A DNA stretch of 64,000 bases from Methanocaldococcus indicus. GTDB lineage: Archaea > AGJL01 > Methanococci > Methanococcales > Methanocaldococcaceae. The stretch is taken from assembly GCF_049554935.1 (NCBI RefSeq), contig NZ_CP186926.1, positions 1,056,001 to 1,120,000 on the forward strand, read 5' to 3'. Position numbers and translations under genes: made by a program. The stretch's first letter is position 1. Each line of letters begins with the position of its first letter. A model generated the notes under the pieces. It did no database searches and was not told the DNA's origin. It saw only the letters and a list, made by a program, of their open reading frames with translations. Shown here piece by piece: positions 30,523-41,206 of the stretch.

Positions 30523-32604
30523 ATGGGACTTTTAGATAAAATAGGAAGTAAAAAAAAATCTGAAAAATTGAGTATTATCAATAAACCATTAGGATTAAAA
30601 GATAGAGAAACCAAGATAGATAGATTTAAAGAAAAAAAGGAAGAAGTAATAATAGATAAATACAATGTCAATGTTGATGAGATAGAATTTGAGGTTATTA
30701 TAAAAAGATGTCATGGGGAAATGTTCTATTTAATTCCTGAAATTGAATATATTGAACAATCATTATCTCATATTTCAAAAGAAAATTTAAATATGTTAAA
30801 AATACAAATTGGAGAACTTGGTTTATTTGAATATGAGCAAATAAAAAATTATGTTATAGAGTTTTTAACAAGATATAATATAAAAGTTCCACATGTGGAA
30901 TCATTAGCAAAATTTATATATCTACAATCTGGAAGATTAGGACTTTTGGAAATTCCTATAAATGATGCTTTTTTAGAGGAAGTTATGGTTAATGGGTATA
31001 GTATTCCAGTTTTTGTTTTTCATAGAAAATTTCAAATGTGTGAATCAAATATTGTTTTAGATAGAAATGAAGTAAATAGAATTATTGAAAGTATCTCTAA
31101 CTTGGTAAATAGGCCTATTGACTCAAGAGTGCCAATGCTTGATGCATTCCTTCCAGATGGTAGTAGAGTTAATGCTACACTCCCAGATATTACATTAAAT
31201 GGAGCTACTCTAACTATAAGAAAATTCTCAAAAACACCATTAACAGTTATTGATTTAATAAAATATAGAACATTATCATTAGATACTGCAGCTTTTCTAT
31301 GGCAAGCAGTTGAGGGTTACTTTGGCTCTAAGCCAGCTAATACATTAATAGCTGGAGGAACAGGTTCAGGAAAAACTACTCTTCTAAATGTTTTATCAAT
31401 GTTTGCAATGTATAATGAAAGAATAATAACAATTGAGGATACACCTGAACTACAAATACCTCATAAGCATGTTATAAGAATGGTCACTCGTCCAGCAAGG
31501 CCTGGAATGCCTGAGTATGAGATTACTATGGATGATTTAATTAAAAATGCTCTAAGAATGAGGCCAGATAGAATATTTGTTGGAGAGGTTAGGGGGGAAG
31601 AGGCTCATTCTTTATTAGTTGCTATGAATACAGGACATGATGGTGCTTTAATTAAAGATGAACTAATATATCTATCAAATAATGAAACTATAAACATTGG
31701 AGAATTTGTAGATGAATTTTTTGAAGAAAATAAATCAAATATAATAAAGGAACACAATGGTTTTGAATGGATTGATATATCTGATGAAAATATCCATATA
31801 GAAAGTTTTAATAAAAACACTTTAAAGATTGAAGATAAATTAATATCAAGAGTTTGGAGAAAGAGATACATTGGAAAGATGTTGAATATAAAAACTGAAA
31901 GTGGTAAAGAAATAACTCTAACTCATGACCATCCTGTTTATATTTTAAAGAATAATATTATATTTGAAGTAAATGCTGAGATAGTAAAGATAGATGATTA
32001 TATAGCCATTCCAAAAGGGTTAGATATTAGTTGGGATAAAGTTGTAAGTGTTAAAGAAATTAATTATAATGGATATATTTATGACTTAACAGTTGAAGAT
32101 AACCATACTTATATAGCTGGGAAATCAGATGGTTTTATTGTCTCAAACTGTTCAGGAACATTACATGCAAATAGTGCAGATGAAGCAATCCTTAGATTGA
32201 CAAGTCCTCCAATGAATGTTCCAAAAATTATGCTAACAGCTTTAGATTTTATTATAAATATACAAAGAATTAGAAGAGGTGGAAAAACTTTAAGGAGAAT
32301 CTTAGGAATTGTTGAGGTTGTTAAAGGAGATAAACAAGATATAGCAAAAACTACACTGTATGAATATGATGGATTAAAAGATACATTAGTTAGAAAAGGA
32401 ATATGTATGTGGGAAGAAGAAGTATGTGAAATAGCTGGAATAAGTAGAGATGAACTACTAAAAGATAGAGAAAGAAGAAAGATAGTTTTAAAATATTTGG
32501 TTGATAAAGGTATAAATGAATTAGAAAAAGTTGGAGAATACATAAAAGAGTATCAAATTGACCCAGACAGTTTGGTTAATAAATTAGCAAATAAAATAAC
32601 TTAA
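30523..32604 (+). CDS. klbA: Type II/IV secretion (pilus assembly, CpaF/KlbA) ATPase containing an intein
   Basis: GGTGSGKTT, IEDTPE, LRMRPDR, GEVRG, MNTGHDG/[intein]/CSGTLHA. Confidence 0.93.
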   Translation: MGLLDKIGSKKKSEKLSIINKPLGLKDRETKIDRFKEKKEEVIIDKYNVNVDEIEFEVIIKRCHGEMFYLIPEIEYIEQSLSHISKENLNMLKIQIGELGLFEYEQIKNYVIEFLTRYNIKVPHVESLAKFIYLQSGRLGLLEIPINDAFLEEVMVNGYSIPVFVFHRKFQMCESNIVLDRNEVNRIIESISNLVNRPIDSRVPMLDAFLPDGSRVNATLPDITLNGATLTIRKFSKTPLTVIDLIKYRTLSLDTAAFLWQAVEGYFGSKPANTLIAGGTGSGKTTLLNVLSMFAMYNERIITIEDTPELQIPHKHVIRMVTRPARPGMPEYEITMDDLIKNALRMRPDRIFVGEVRGEEAHSLLVAMNTGHDGALIKDELIYLSNNETINIGEFVDEFFEENKSNIIKEHNGFEWIDISDENIHIESFNKNTLKIEDKLISRVWRKRYIGKMLNIKTESGKEITLTHDHPVYILKNNIIFEVNAEIVKIDDYIAIPKGLDISWDKVVSVKEINYNGYIYDLTVEDNHTYIAGKSDGFIVSNCSGTLHANSADEAILRLTSPPMNVPKIMLTALDFIINIQRIRRGGKTLRRILGIVEVVKGDKQDIAKTTLYEYDGLKDTLVRKGICMWEEEVCEIAGISRDELLKDRERRKIVLKYLVDKGINELEKVGEYIKEYQIDPDSLVNKLANKIT
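31645..32148 (+). other. KlbA mini-intein, 168 aa, Ala1 start, ends Ser-Asn before Cys+1
   Basis: ALIKDELIY start, block B TLTHDHP, block F YIYDLTV, block G IVSN/C; no endonuclease domain. Confidence 0.93.
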
Positions 32605-32614
32605 GGAATTTAAT

Positions 32615-33622
32615 ATGGCAATTAATGATTACATAATAAAATTAAAACTTTATTTGTATAAAAAAGGACTAATAACATTAGATACAGAAACTATAAACTA
32701 TTTGAAAAAGAAACAATTTAAAGAAGAATTAAAAAAAGAGCAACAAACTGAAGTAGTAACTTTTGAATATTATGAGGAATATGATGAAGGAATAGAAGAA
32801 ATTCTATATGAAACAATTCCTATCAATAATCTTATAAAATCATTTGTTGAAAAGCTTAAGAAAAATAGAAAATTATTCTCAGATAGATTGCTTAGATATG
32901 TTGGATACTCATCTGTAGAAGAATACTTTAGAAGAGTTTTTCTTTATGATATTATTTTTTCAATGTTTATATTTTTATTTTATCTACTTGGAGGTAACAT
33001 TTTAGAAGGAATTATATTTTCAATAATCTTCTTTACAATAATTCTAATATTAGGAATATTGTACCCAAGATTGAAGATAATAATGTTCAAAGGAGATATT
33101 AAGTTAGAGGTGCTTTTTTCATTGGTGTATATAGTTTCACTTATAAAATCTGGAGTATCTATTATGGAAATTATTAATAGGATTGCAAAATCTAAAGAAT
33201 TTGGAATTTTATCTTTTGAATTTGAAGATATAGTTAGAGAGATAAATATAGGATATACATTTGCAGAGGCTTTACAGAGAGCTATGGACAGAGCTGAACT
33301 ACCATTATTAAAAAAGTTGTATGAGCAGATATACATAGGATATAATAAAGGAAATTTAGATTTACTATTAGAGAAGTTTTATGAAGAAATTGTAAGAGAA
33401 TCCTTAGCAAAATTAGATACTTCTAAATTTATGATACAAAATTTAGGTAATTTGGCCTTTGGGACTGGGATAATTCTACCTTTTAGTGGTATGATAATAT
33501 CATCAATGATGGGTAATCAAGGACTTCCAGGGGTTATTAATACTATGGATTTGTTATTGGTAAAGATAGGGCCAATGCTAACATTAATATTTGGAATCTT
33601 GGTTAAAATGAAAATAGAGTGA
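32615..33622 (+). CDS. Type II secretion F / TadB-TadC-like platform protein
   Basis: TM segments plus SG.S..E..I...FG.LS.EF..IVREINIG; follows the ATPase. Confidence 0.85.
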   Translation: MAINDYIIKLKLYLYKKGLITLDTETINYLKKKQFKEELKKEQQTEVVTFEYYEEYDEGIEEILYETIPINNLIKSFVEKLKKNRKLFSDRLLRYVGYSSVEEYFRRVFLYDIIFSMFIFLFYLLGGNILEGIIFSIIFFTIILILGILYPRLKIIMFKGDIKLEVLFSLVYIVSLIKSGVSIMEIINRIAKSKEFGILSFEFEDIVREINIGYTFAEALQRAMDRAELPLLKKLYEQIYIGYNKGNLDLLLEKFYEEIVRESLAKLDTSKFMIQNLGNLAFGTGIILPFSGMIISSMMGNQGLPGVINTMDLLLVKIGPMLTLIFGILVKMKIE

Positions 33623-33629
33623 AACTATT

Positions 33630-34538
33630 ATGGAATTTAGAGAAATTTTAGAAATTTTGTATTATGTCTTAATAAAAAAGAATACTTTATTACTAAAGAA
33701 GTGTGGATATGACATTAAAGAAAAGCATTTTATCCTATTAGTGTTAATATCAATCATTTTTGGGGCTTTTTTTGGTTATTTCTTGTCTCTTAGTTTTAGA
33801 GGTATAGTATTGATGTGCATAATATATTTTTGCTTTGTAGTTTCATATCCAAAAATTATTTATGAGAATCTAATAGAAAAATTAGAAAAAAATATATCTA
33901 AAGCATTATATATTATGGTATTGTCTTTAGAATCTGGTAGGTCTATTAATGATGCATTAAAAGATGTTGTAAATAGTGATATAAAAGTGGTTAGTCCTAT
34001 ATTTAAAAAAATTCTCTTGTTAATGGAAAAACAAAAAATAAGATTTGAAGAAGCTATAACAATAGTATCCTCATTTTATGACTCTAAAGTTTTAAAGATG
34101 TTGTCAAGAATTATTATTGAAAATAGAAAGTCTGGAGGTAATTTATCAGAATCTTTGAGAATATTAGCTAAAACATTAGATGATTTTCATCTATTCAAAA
34201 GACAATTATTGAGTGTTACCGCAACTGGAATAGCTACTGGATTTGTTATGTTATGTCTTGTTGTCCCTGCTGTTAGTGGAATATTAGGAGGATATATTAT
34301 AGCTACATCCTCATTATTATCTCAAACTGGAAAGGCTCCACCAGTTAATCCAGAGGATTTAAAAAGAGCTATTGAGATTGTGCAAGTTGGAACTGCTATG
34401 TTAGGAGCTTTATTCTCTATCCCAATATTTGGATTAAAGATAGAAAGGATGTTTCAAGTTTCAGCTATAACTATGACATTGGGAGTAATAATATTCTACC
34501 TAATTGTGAAGTTTGTTCCAATGATGTTTAAAATGTAG
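33630..34538 (+). CDS. Type II secretion F / TadB-TadC-like platform protein
   Basis: LESGRSINDAL, SGGNLSESL; TM segments. Confidence 0.85.
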   Translation: MEFREILEILYYVLIKKNTLLLKKCGYDIKEKHFILLVLISIIFGAFFGYFLSLSFRGIVLMCIIYFCFVVSYPKIIYENLIEKLEKNISKALYIMVLSLESGRSINDALKDVVNSDIKVVSPIFKKILLLMEKQKIRFEEAITIVSSFYDSKVLKMLSRIIIENRKSGGNLSESLRILAKTLDDFHLFKRQLLSVTATGIATGFVMLCLVVPAVSGILGGYIIATSSLLSQTGKAPPVNPEDLKRAIEIVQVGTAMLGALFSIPIFGLKIERMFQVSAITMTLGVIIFYLIVKFVPMMFKM

Positions 34539-34548
34539 ATTTTAAAAA

Positions 34549-35061
34549 TTATTTTAAAAAACTATTTATTTCATCATTTAACTTAATAATTCTCAAAATA
34601 ACTTCTTTGTTTGCACCTCTCTTTTTAAACTTATCTACAACTTTATCAATCTCAACTCTTTTATCTCCAAAAATTAAATTATCTGCATGAGCAACAACTT
34701 TCTCCTCTATTGTAATAGGAATATAGTCCTTATATGGCAAACCAAACTTTAAAGCTTCTTTTTTGGTTAATCCTGCTCCTATATGTCTCTCTGCAATTAA
34801 TGCAATTCTTTCATCAAATCCCAACTCTCTTAAAATTTTAGCTCCAACAACTCCATGCTTTATAGAATGTGTTTCACTCCTTCCTATATCATGGAGTAAT
34901 CCTCCTAACTTAACTAATTCAGCATCTATTTTATATCCTCTACTTTTTATCATTAAAGAAAGTTCATAGGCATAATTTGAGACTGCTATACAGTGTTTAA
35001 CTACATCCTTAGGACATAGTTCTTCCAAAATTTTTAATGCTTTTAAATACATAATCATCAT
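34549..35061 (-). CDS. HD-domain (HDIG) phosphohydrolase
   Basis: HC..V, LLHDIGR, ERHIGAG, EEKVVAHADN. Confidence 0.9.
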   Translation of the reverse strand: MMIMYLKALKILEELCPKDVVKHCIAVSNYAYELSLMIKSRGYKIDAELVKLGGLLHDIGRSETHSIKHGVVGAKILRELGFDERIALIAERHIGAGLTKKEALKFGLPYKDYIPITIEEKVVAHADNLIFGDKRVEIDKVVDKFKKRGANKEVILRIIKLNDEINSFLK

Positions 35062-35621
35062 TGATTTAAATATTTATTTATTTTTAGTTCATCTTCTAAA
35101 AATTTAATTTGCTCTTCTAACTCCTTAATTATTCTTGAATTGTCAAAGCTATCTAACAAACCACCACATCCTGGACATACAAAATTTAAATCAACAGCTT
35201 CATCAAATGTAAATCTAATATTACACTTGGGACAGTAAAAGAAAATATTGTTTTTTTCATACTCTAATTTTTCTTTTAAATTGTTTATTAATTCTTTCAA
35301 TTTTTTCTTAGCTATGTAAGGTAGTTTTTCTAATGTAGGTTTCCATGTATAATAATACCAGTTTCTATCTTCTTCTTTCCATTTTTTGTAATCTACTAAT
35401 CTTGCATCATACAATTTATATAACAATTTTCTTAATGTATTTAATTTAATACCTAATGCCTTAGCTAATTCATCCTCTTTTGATTCTCCCTTCTCTAACA
35501 AAACCTCCACTAACTCTAAACCTTTCTCATCTCCATCAAAAATGTTATATAGAACTTCCTGAATTAGGGGGTCATTGAGCATTTCATAAATCTTGTTTTT
35601 ATCTAATTTCATACTCATCAC
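35058..35621 (-). CDS. tfe: Transcription factor E alpha
   Basis: wHTH LNTLRKLLYKL, WYYYTW, CPKC...FTFDEA...CPGCG. Confidence 0.95.
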   Translation of the reverse strand: MMSMKLDKNKIYEMLNDPLIQEVLYNIFDGDEKGLELVEVLLEKGESKEDELAKALGIKLNTLRKLLYKLYDARLVDYKKWKEEDRNWYYYTWKPTLEKLPYIAKKKLKELINNLKEKLEYEKNNIFFYCPKCNIRFTFDEAVDLNFVCPGCGGLLDSFDNSRIIKELEEQIKFLEDELKINKYLNQ

Positions 35622-36639
35622 ACTTTATCCTTTTTATTTCCTCTTTAATGTTTTTTTCTTTTATTATTGTAGTTATTGGATTATTTTTTTCAATTATTGC
35701 TCCATTTTTAGGAATATCATAAAATCCTTCTATATTTGGAACAAAATATCTACCTCTTTTTTTTGCAAAGATTATTCTTTTTATAACTCTATTTTTTGGT
35801 GTTATTTTTTTATTGAATAGTAGTGATTTTGCTAAATTGTTATTTGATGAGATTTCTATTGAGTCATAAGTTCCCAATATTCTTGGATTTACATCTATAA
35901 TTTTTACATCATCATCAATTAAAAAGTCAAAACCATTCATCCCTTTTAACTCAAAAATTTCAATTATATCTTCAAATATTCCAATTAATTTTTTAGGAAG
36001 TGAATAAGGCACAATATTTCCAGCATATATGCCATTAAATATAATTTGTTTGTTGAAGGTTATAAAATTATTGTTGATGAAATTTATACTGTATGAAGGA
36101 GATGAAATATACTCCTGAGCTAAAACTGGAAAAGAAAGATTGTATTTTCCTATATCTTTGTAGGATGATAGTTTAATTACCCCTTTACAATTGAAAGGTT
36201 TTATGACAATTTTTTTATATTCATCTAAAAATTTTTCCAATTGATGGATATTATTTATTTTTTTAAATTCAGGAATTGAGTAACCAAGGTTTTTGAGTTT
36301 TTTATATATGTAGTATTTATTTGATAACTTATATATAACTTTTGGACTATTTCCAACAATATTATTCCAATCAACTTTTTTGTAGTAGTGCTCAAAAACA
36401 CCAGAACATATAAAAATATAATCAACATCATCAACAAGTTCATTAGCTTTTTCAATAATTAATCTTTCATTATAGTTTTCCCAGAAATTTCCATGTTTCT
36501 CTTTATTAATAAAATAGTAGTTTTCATCTGCATTTAAATCTTCTGGAGAATAGTATGATACAGAAATAACATAAAAACCTAAAGTTTTTAAAGAATTAAC
36601 AACAGCTCTTGTATTTACTCCTAAAACTAATGCTTTCAT
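35599..36639 (-). CDS. ATP-grasp protein (methanopterin-associated type)
   Basis: NTRAV, IKP, QEYI, YAGN, GMNGFDF, DVNPR; adjacent to mptA. Confidence 0.85.
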   Translation of the reverse strand: MKALVLGVNTRAVVNSLKTLGFYVISVSYYSPEDLNADENYYFINKEKHGNFWENYNERLIIEKANELVDDVDYIFICSGVFEHYYKKVDWNNIVGNSPKVIYKLSNKYYIYKKLKNLGYSIPEFKKINNIHQLEKFLDEYKKIVIKPFNCKGVIKLSSYKDIGKYNLSFPVLAQEYISSPSYSINFINNNFITFNKQIIFNGIYAGNIVPYSLPKKLIGIFEDIIEIFELKGMNGFDFLIDDDVKIIDVNPRILGTYDSIEISSNNNLAKSLLFNKKITPKNRVIKRIIFAKKRGRYFVPNIEGFYDIPKNGAIIEKNNPITTIIKEKNIKEEIKRIKCDEYEIR

Positions 36640-37568
36640 AAAATTTCCTTCTTAAGTTCTTTTAGTGTAGTATTCTTCTCAGCAAATGCATCATGTCTAT
36701 GGATACTCTCTAAATTTACCTGTCTAATAAAAACCTTTGTATCATCTGGAAGGTAACTAAATTCTTTAACAATATGTTTAGCCATCTCCCTAACACAGTC
36801 CTCTACAAACTTTGGATTTCCATGACTTTTAATAACTACATAGGCCTCATCATCTCTCTTTAATAATCCATATATTTCAGAGCTCATAGATTTTTTAATT
36901 ATATCAATAATATCCTCAATTTTTACATTGTAACCTTCTGGAATCTCCAATATTACTTTTCCAATACCCCTTTGGTTATGTGTTGCAAAAACAACAGATT
37001 TTAAAATCTTATTAATATCTTCATCAGAAAATCCTTCTTCTTTTAGGTTTTTTATAGACAACTCTTTTATTAGATTTTGAGCACAAGGACAAGCAGTTAT
37101 CCCAACAACTTCTGCACCAACTATTTTAGTAATGCTTATTTCATCTCCCTTCTTTGTACCTCTTGCTCCTGCAATTATTTTATGTATTTCTTGAGAATAT
37201 TTTTTAGATACAGGGCTTTTTTCTTTAAGCATTAGCTCACTAACCATTAATACCTCTGCCTCTGTAGCATAGTCATGCTTTTTAAATAATCTTTTAACTA
37301 TCTCTTCACATATTGTTTCTGTTTCATAACATTCCATTTTTATAGCTTCATCTATAATCTCCTCTATAACCTCAGGATGTCTTGACATATGAATTCCTTT
37401 TTGTGTGGAAGGAAGATTAACAGAAACTTCAAAGGTAGATAATAAAATAATAGGTCTTTTTCCATTTCTTTTAATTCTAACAAGCTTTTTTAGATTTGTC
37501 ACTCCTACTCTTGTTAATGATACTTTTATATCTGGCTCTATATTTTGTATATCACATTTCCAGTTCAT
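36636..37568 (-). CDS. mptA: GTP cyclohydrolase MptA (type IV)
   Basis: KGIHMSR, TACPCA, THNQR, KFVED, ESIHRHDA. Confidence 0.94.
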   Translation of the reverse strand: MNWKCDIQNIEPDIKVSLTRVGVTNLKKLVRIKRNGKRPIILLSTFEVSVNLPSTQKGIHMSRHPEVIEEIIDEAIKMECYETETICEEIVKRLFKKHDYATEAEVLMVSELMLKEKSPVSKKYSQEIHKIIAGARGTKKGDEISITKIVGAEVVGITACPCAQNLIKELSIKNLKEEGFSDEDINKILKSVVFATHNQRGIGKVILEIPEGYNVKIEDIIDIIKKSMSSEIYGLLKRDDEAYVVIKSHGNPKFVEDCVREMAKHIVKEFSYLPDDTKVFIRQVNLESIHRHDAFAEKNTTLKELKKEIL

Positions 37569-37623
37569 AATCTCACAATAAAGATATTAAATAGGTAAGA
37601 CAAAGTTTTTACTTTTTATGTAG

Positions 37624-37657
37624 GGTATTAGTATTAGCATATAAAAATACTAATACC
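37624..37657. promoter_or_regulatory. Perfect 12-bp inverted repeat GGTATTAGTATT-N10-AATACTAATACC in the divergent mptA/gch3 promoter region
   Basis: Read directly from sequence; function inferred. Confidence 0.55.
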
Positions 37658-37714
37658 AATATCGTAAAGTTAATATTTTAATATTATATAGTTTAGTTTT
37701 AAAAGCATAAAACC

Positions 37715-38530
37715 ATGTATGAGGATAATATTATGATTCAAATAACACTAATTCAGATAGATAACTATGGACCTTGGACAGTAACACCAAAGCCAAGAAG
37801 AGAGAGTGATTTACAAATCTTACAAAGTAGGTTATATGCTGACTTAAATATGCTTTTTGGAGCACATAAAGGTTTAGTGTTCTATACAAGGTTTGATAAC
37901 TTAATTGCTATAACAAATGGAATTGATTTGATAACACACAAGAGAATTCAGGAAAGTATAAGGAATAGGTATCCATTTACAATAAGTATGGTTATAGCAA
38001 CTGCTGAAACTCCTTATGAAGCTCAAAAATTAGCCACAGAAACACTCCAAGAGTATGGAAGTGCTCAAGATGAGAATAGAAAAGAGATTTTAGATGTGGC
38101 TAATGAGCTTGTAGATGGTTATGTGCAACTTGCTCATATAGATATAAACAATATAACTGGGAATTATACTGATGTTGTTAGTGCTTATGAAACCTACTAT
38201 AATGTCAATAAAGTTAAATTACTTCTTATGGAAGAACTTTTAAAATACAAATCCTTACTTTTCTTTATTGGTGGAGATAACTTTATGTCTCCATGTAATG
38301 GCTTAGATGAGAATGATTTTTTAGAAATATTTAAAAAGATAGAAGATAAAACAAATATTCAATTAAAGGCAGGAGTAGGTATTGGAAAAACAGCAGAAGA
38401 TGCTTCAAATTTGGCAGATATAGGATTAGAGAAGATTAGAGGAAAACATGTAGATAAAAATGTATGTTTTTTAAAACAGGAAACTTTGGAAATAAATTCA
38501 ATCAAAAAAGGATTATTTAAAACATTTTAG
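37715..38530 (+). CDS. gch3: GTP cyclohydrolase III (likely start MIQIT)
   Basis: [26 protein letters not shown]. Confidence 0.94.
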   Translation: MYEDNIMIQITLIQIDNYGPWTVTPKPRRESDLQILQSRLYADLNMLFGAHKGLVFYTRFDNLIAITNGIDLITHKRIQESIRNRYPFTISMVIATAETPYEAQKLATETLQEYGSAQDENRKEILDVANELVDGYVQLAHIDINNITGNYTDVVSAYETYYNVNKVKLLLMEELLKYKSLLFFIGGDNFMSPCNGLDENDFLEIFKKIEDKTNIQLKAGVGIGKTAEDASNLADIGLEKIRGKHVDKNVCFLKQETLEINSIKKGLFKTF

Positions 38531-38540
38531 GTTATTATGT

Positions 38541-39161
38541 ATGATACCTGTCTTACTATCTTTTAAAGATAAGAAAGTTGCTATTTTTGGTTGTGGAGAA
38601 GTAGGTAAAAGAAGAGCTCTAAAATTACTAAAAGATAATGCTAAAATAACAATTTATTCAAAAACTTTTGATAAAGATATAGAAAAGACTGATAAAATCA
38701 AAAAAATAAAGATAGATATAAATAAACTATCTGATGAGGAGTTAAGAGATATCATTAAAGAGTATGATTTTATTTTAGCATGTGCAAGTGAAGATATAAA
38801 CAAAAGGATTGTAAAAATTGCAAAAGAGTTAAATAAATATATTAATTCATCTAATATCTTAGATGATGTTAATTTTATTATTCCAGCATATACAGAAGTT
38901 GATGGGGTTATATTCTCTATATATACAGGAGGAAAGAGCCCATTATTGGCTAAAAATATAAGAATTTTAATTGAAAATTATTTAAAAGGATATGACTTAG
39001 ATTTTATATCAAGTTTTAGAAAATTTTTAATTGAAAATATTCCAAATCAGAAGGACAGAAAAAAAATTTTAAATCTACTATTTTCAAATGAAAACTTCAA
39101 AAAAGAGCTTTTAGAGTTAATTAATAAGTATATGGGAGAGAATGATAATTTTAAAAGCTGA
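38541..39161 (+). CDS. sirC: Precorrin-2 dehydrogenase
   Basis: FGCGEVGKRR, FIIPA, TGGKSP. Confidence 0.9.
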   Translation: MIPVLLSFKDKKVAIFGCGEVGKRRALKLLKDNAKITIYSKTFDKDIEKTDKIKKIKIDINKLSDEELRDIIKEYDFILACASEDINKRIVKIAKELNKYINSSNILDDVNFIIPAYTEVDGVIFSIYTGGKSPLLAKNIRILIENYLKGYDLDFISSFRKFLIENIPNQKDRKKILNLLFSNENFKKELLELINKYMGENDNFKS

Positions 39162-40233
39162 TTATAATAAGTATAATGTAAATGAGTTAGAAAAGTTAAG
39201 ATTGGATGAGGATGAATTTTATAAAAAGTGTAGAGGTGTTCTACTACAAACATGTAATAGAGTTGAAATAATATGTGAAAAATTAGAGGATATAAAAAAT
39301 ATAGATATGGATATTAACAAATTTGATATACTTTTAGATGATGAGGCAATTTATCATCTATTTAGGTTAGCCTCAGGTTTAGAGTCAATGATTGTTGGAG
39401 AGTATCAGATTTTAGGGCAATTGAAGGATGCATATTTAAAAGCTAAAAAACATAATGCAATATCTAAAAGGTTAGAAAAAATTATTTTAAAAGCTATTCA
39501 TACAGGACAGAGAGTTAGAAATGAGACAGATATAAGTAAAGGTTCTGTTTCTATTGGTTCAGCTGCTGTTGAATTGTTAGAGAAAATAACTACTCTAAAA
39601 GATAAGAATATTTTACTTATAGGAGCAGGAGAAATGGCTAAAACTGTTATAAAGGCATTGAAAGAAAGGCATATTAAGGCAATTATTGTTGCAAATAGAA
39701 CTTATGAGAAGGCTGTTGAGTTAGCTAAAGAACTAAATGGAATGGCTATAAAATTTGATAAATTAGAAGAGGCTTTAAGATATGCAGATATAGTTATATC
39801 AGCTACATCAGCTCCACATCCAATATTAACTAAAAAAAGATTAGAAAATGCAGGAGAAACAATAGTTGTGGATATAGCTATTCCAAGAGACACAACAGAT
39901 GATATTAAAGAGTTAAGTAATATAAAACTTTTTACAATAGATGATTTAAAATTAGTAGCTGAGGAAAATTTAAAAAAGAGAAAAAAAGAAATTCCTAAGG
40001 TTGAAGAAATTATTAAAGAGGAGATAAATAATTTAAATAATCAACTAAATAAATTAGAAGTTGAAGAGAAGATTAAAGAGCTTATAAAAAAGATAGAGGA
40101 TATTAGGGTTAGAGAAGTAAATAAAGCATTAAATTTAATGAAACACAAAAATCCTGAGGATGTTTTAAAGGACTTTTCTAAGGCATACACTAAAAAGATA
40201 ATCTGTGAGATAAAAAGATATTTTAATAAATAG
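39142..40233 (+). CDS. hemA: Glutamyl-tRNA reductase
   Basis: TCNRVE, SGLESMIVGE.QILGQ, IGAGEM, DIAIPRD. Confidence 0.96.
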   Translation: MIILKADYNKYNVNELEKLRLDEDEFYKKCRGVLLQTCNRVEIICEKLEDIKNIDMDINKFDILLDDEAIYHLFRLASGLESMIVGEYQILGQLKDAYLKAKKHNAISKRLEKIILKAIHTGQRVRNETDISKGSVSIGSAAVELLEKITTLKDKNILLIGAGEMAKTVIKALKERHIKAIIVANRTYEKAVELAKELNGMAIKFDKLEEALRYADIVISATSAPHPILTKKRLENAGETIVVDIAIPRDTTDDIKELSNIKLFTIDDLKLVAEENLKKRKKEIPKVEEIIKEEINNLNNQLNKLEVEEKIKELIKKIEDIRVREVNKALNLMKHKNPEDVLKDFSKAYTKKIICEIKRYFNK

Positions 40234-40269
40234 AATAAATAGTTTTTAATAAATAATTATGAGATATTT

Positions 40270-41193
40270 ATGAACAATAAATATATTTTAATAGTTTTTA
40301 GTGTTGTATCAATAATTAGTTTTATTGTAGGTTATTATATTGGAACATCTTCACAATATTATTCAGAAAATGAAATTATCCAATACTTTTTTAAGAATCC
40401 TAAACCATTCTCTGTTGAAGATGTATCTATGCCAGTTACATACTATGGAACTATAAAAGGAGAATATATTGGTTATCAAATAACACCACATAATGTAAAT
40501 GAAGAAGCAAGAGAATGTTTTTATAAATATTTCAAATTAAAAGATAAAAATTCAAAAGAAGCAGAAAAGTATTTAAAAAGAGGGTTATTTTTAACAGAAT
40601 ACTTAATATCTCAGGCAGATAAAGAAAAAGTTGAAGTTGATGGTAAAAATATAACATTTATTATTTGGAGGTATAATTTCCCATTTCCATTATATAATCT
40701 ATCTAAGGGATGGTCAGGAAGTTTATGTCAAGCAGGATGTTTAAAAACATTATATTTAGCTTATGAAGCTACTGGAGATAAAAGATATTTAAAATATGCA
40801 AATTTGGCTCTAAATGCTTTTAGAGTTCCTGTAAAGGATGGTGGTTTATTAAAAATTAGAATTTATGAAAATAAAAGTTATTATTGGTATCCAGAATATG
40901 CTTCTGAAAATCCTCCTTATGTATTGAATGGTTTTATTACAGCAACATTATGGATTGGTGAGTTTGGAAATAAAACCAAAAATAAATATGCCTTATATTT
41001 ATATAAGAAAGGATTAGAATCAATAAAGATATTTTTACCAATGTATGATGCAGGAGATTGGAGCTATTATGATGCATTAGGACACAAATGTAATGAACAT
41101 TATGAACATTTACAAAGGCTCCAAATGTTATGGCTTTATAAAATAACAGGAGATAAAATATTTCTAAAATATTATAAGAAGTGGAAAGATTAA
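40270..41193 (+). CDS. Membrane-anchored D-glucuronyl C5-epimerase C-terminal domain protein
   Basis: N-terminal TM; W.S...Q, WYPEY, VLNG, WSYYD, Y..L...Q motifs. Confidence 0.75.
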   Translation: MNNKYILIVFSVVSIISFIVGYYIGTSSQYYSENEIIQYFFKNPKPFSVEDVSMPVTYYGTIKGEYIGYQITPHNVNEEARECFYKYFKLKDKNSKEAEKYLKRGLFLTEYLISQADKEKVEVDGKNITFIIWRYNFPFPLYNLSKGWSGSLCQAGCLKTLYLAYEATGDKRYLKYANLALNAFRVPVKDGGLLKIRIYENKSYYWYPEYASENPPYVLNGFITATLWIGEFGNKTKNKYALYLYKKGLESIKIFLPMYDAGDWSYYDALGHKCNEHYEHLQRLQMLWLYKITGDKIFLKYYKKWKD

Positions 41194-41206
41194 AAGGTGT
41201 TTATTT

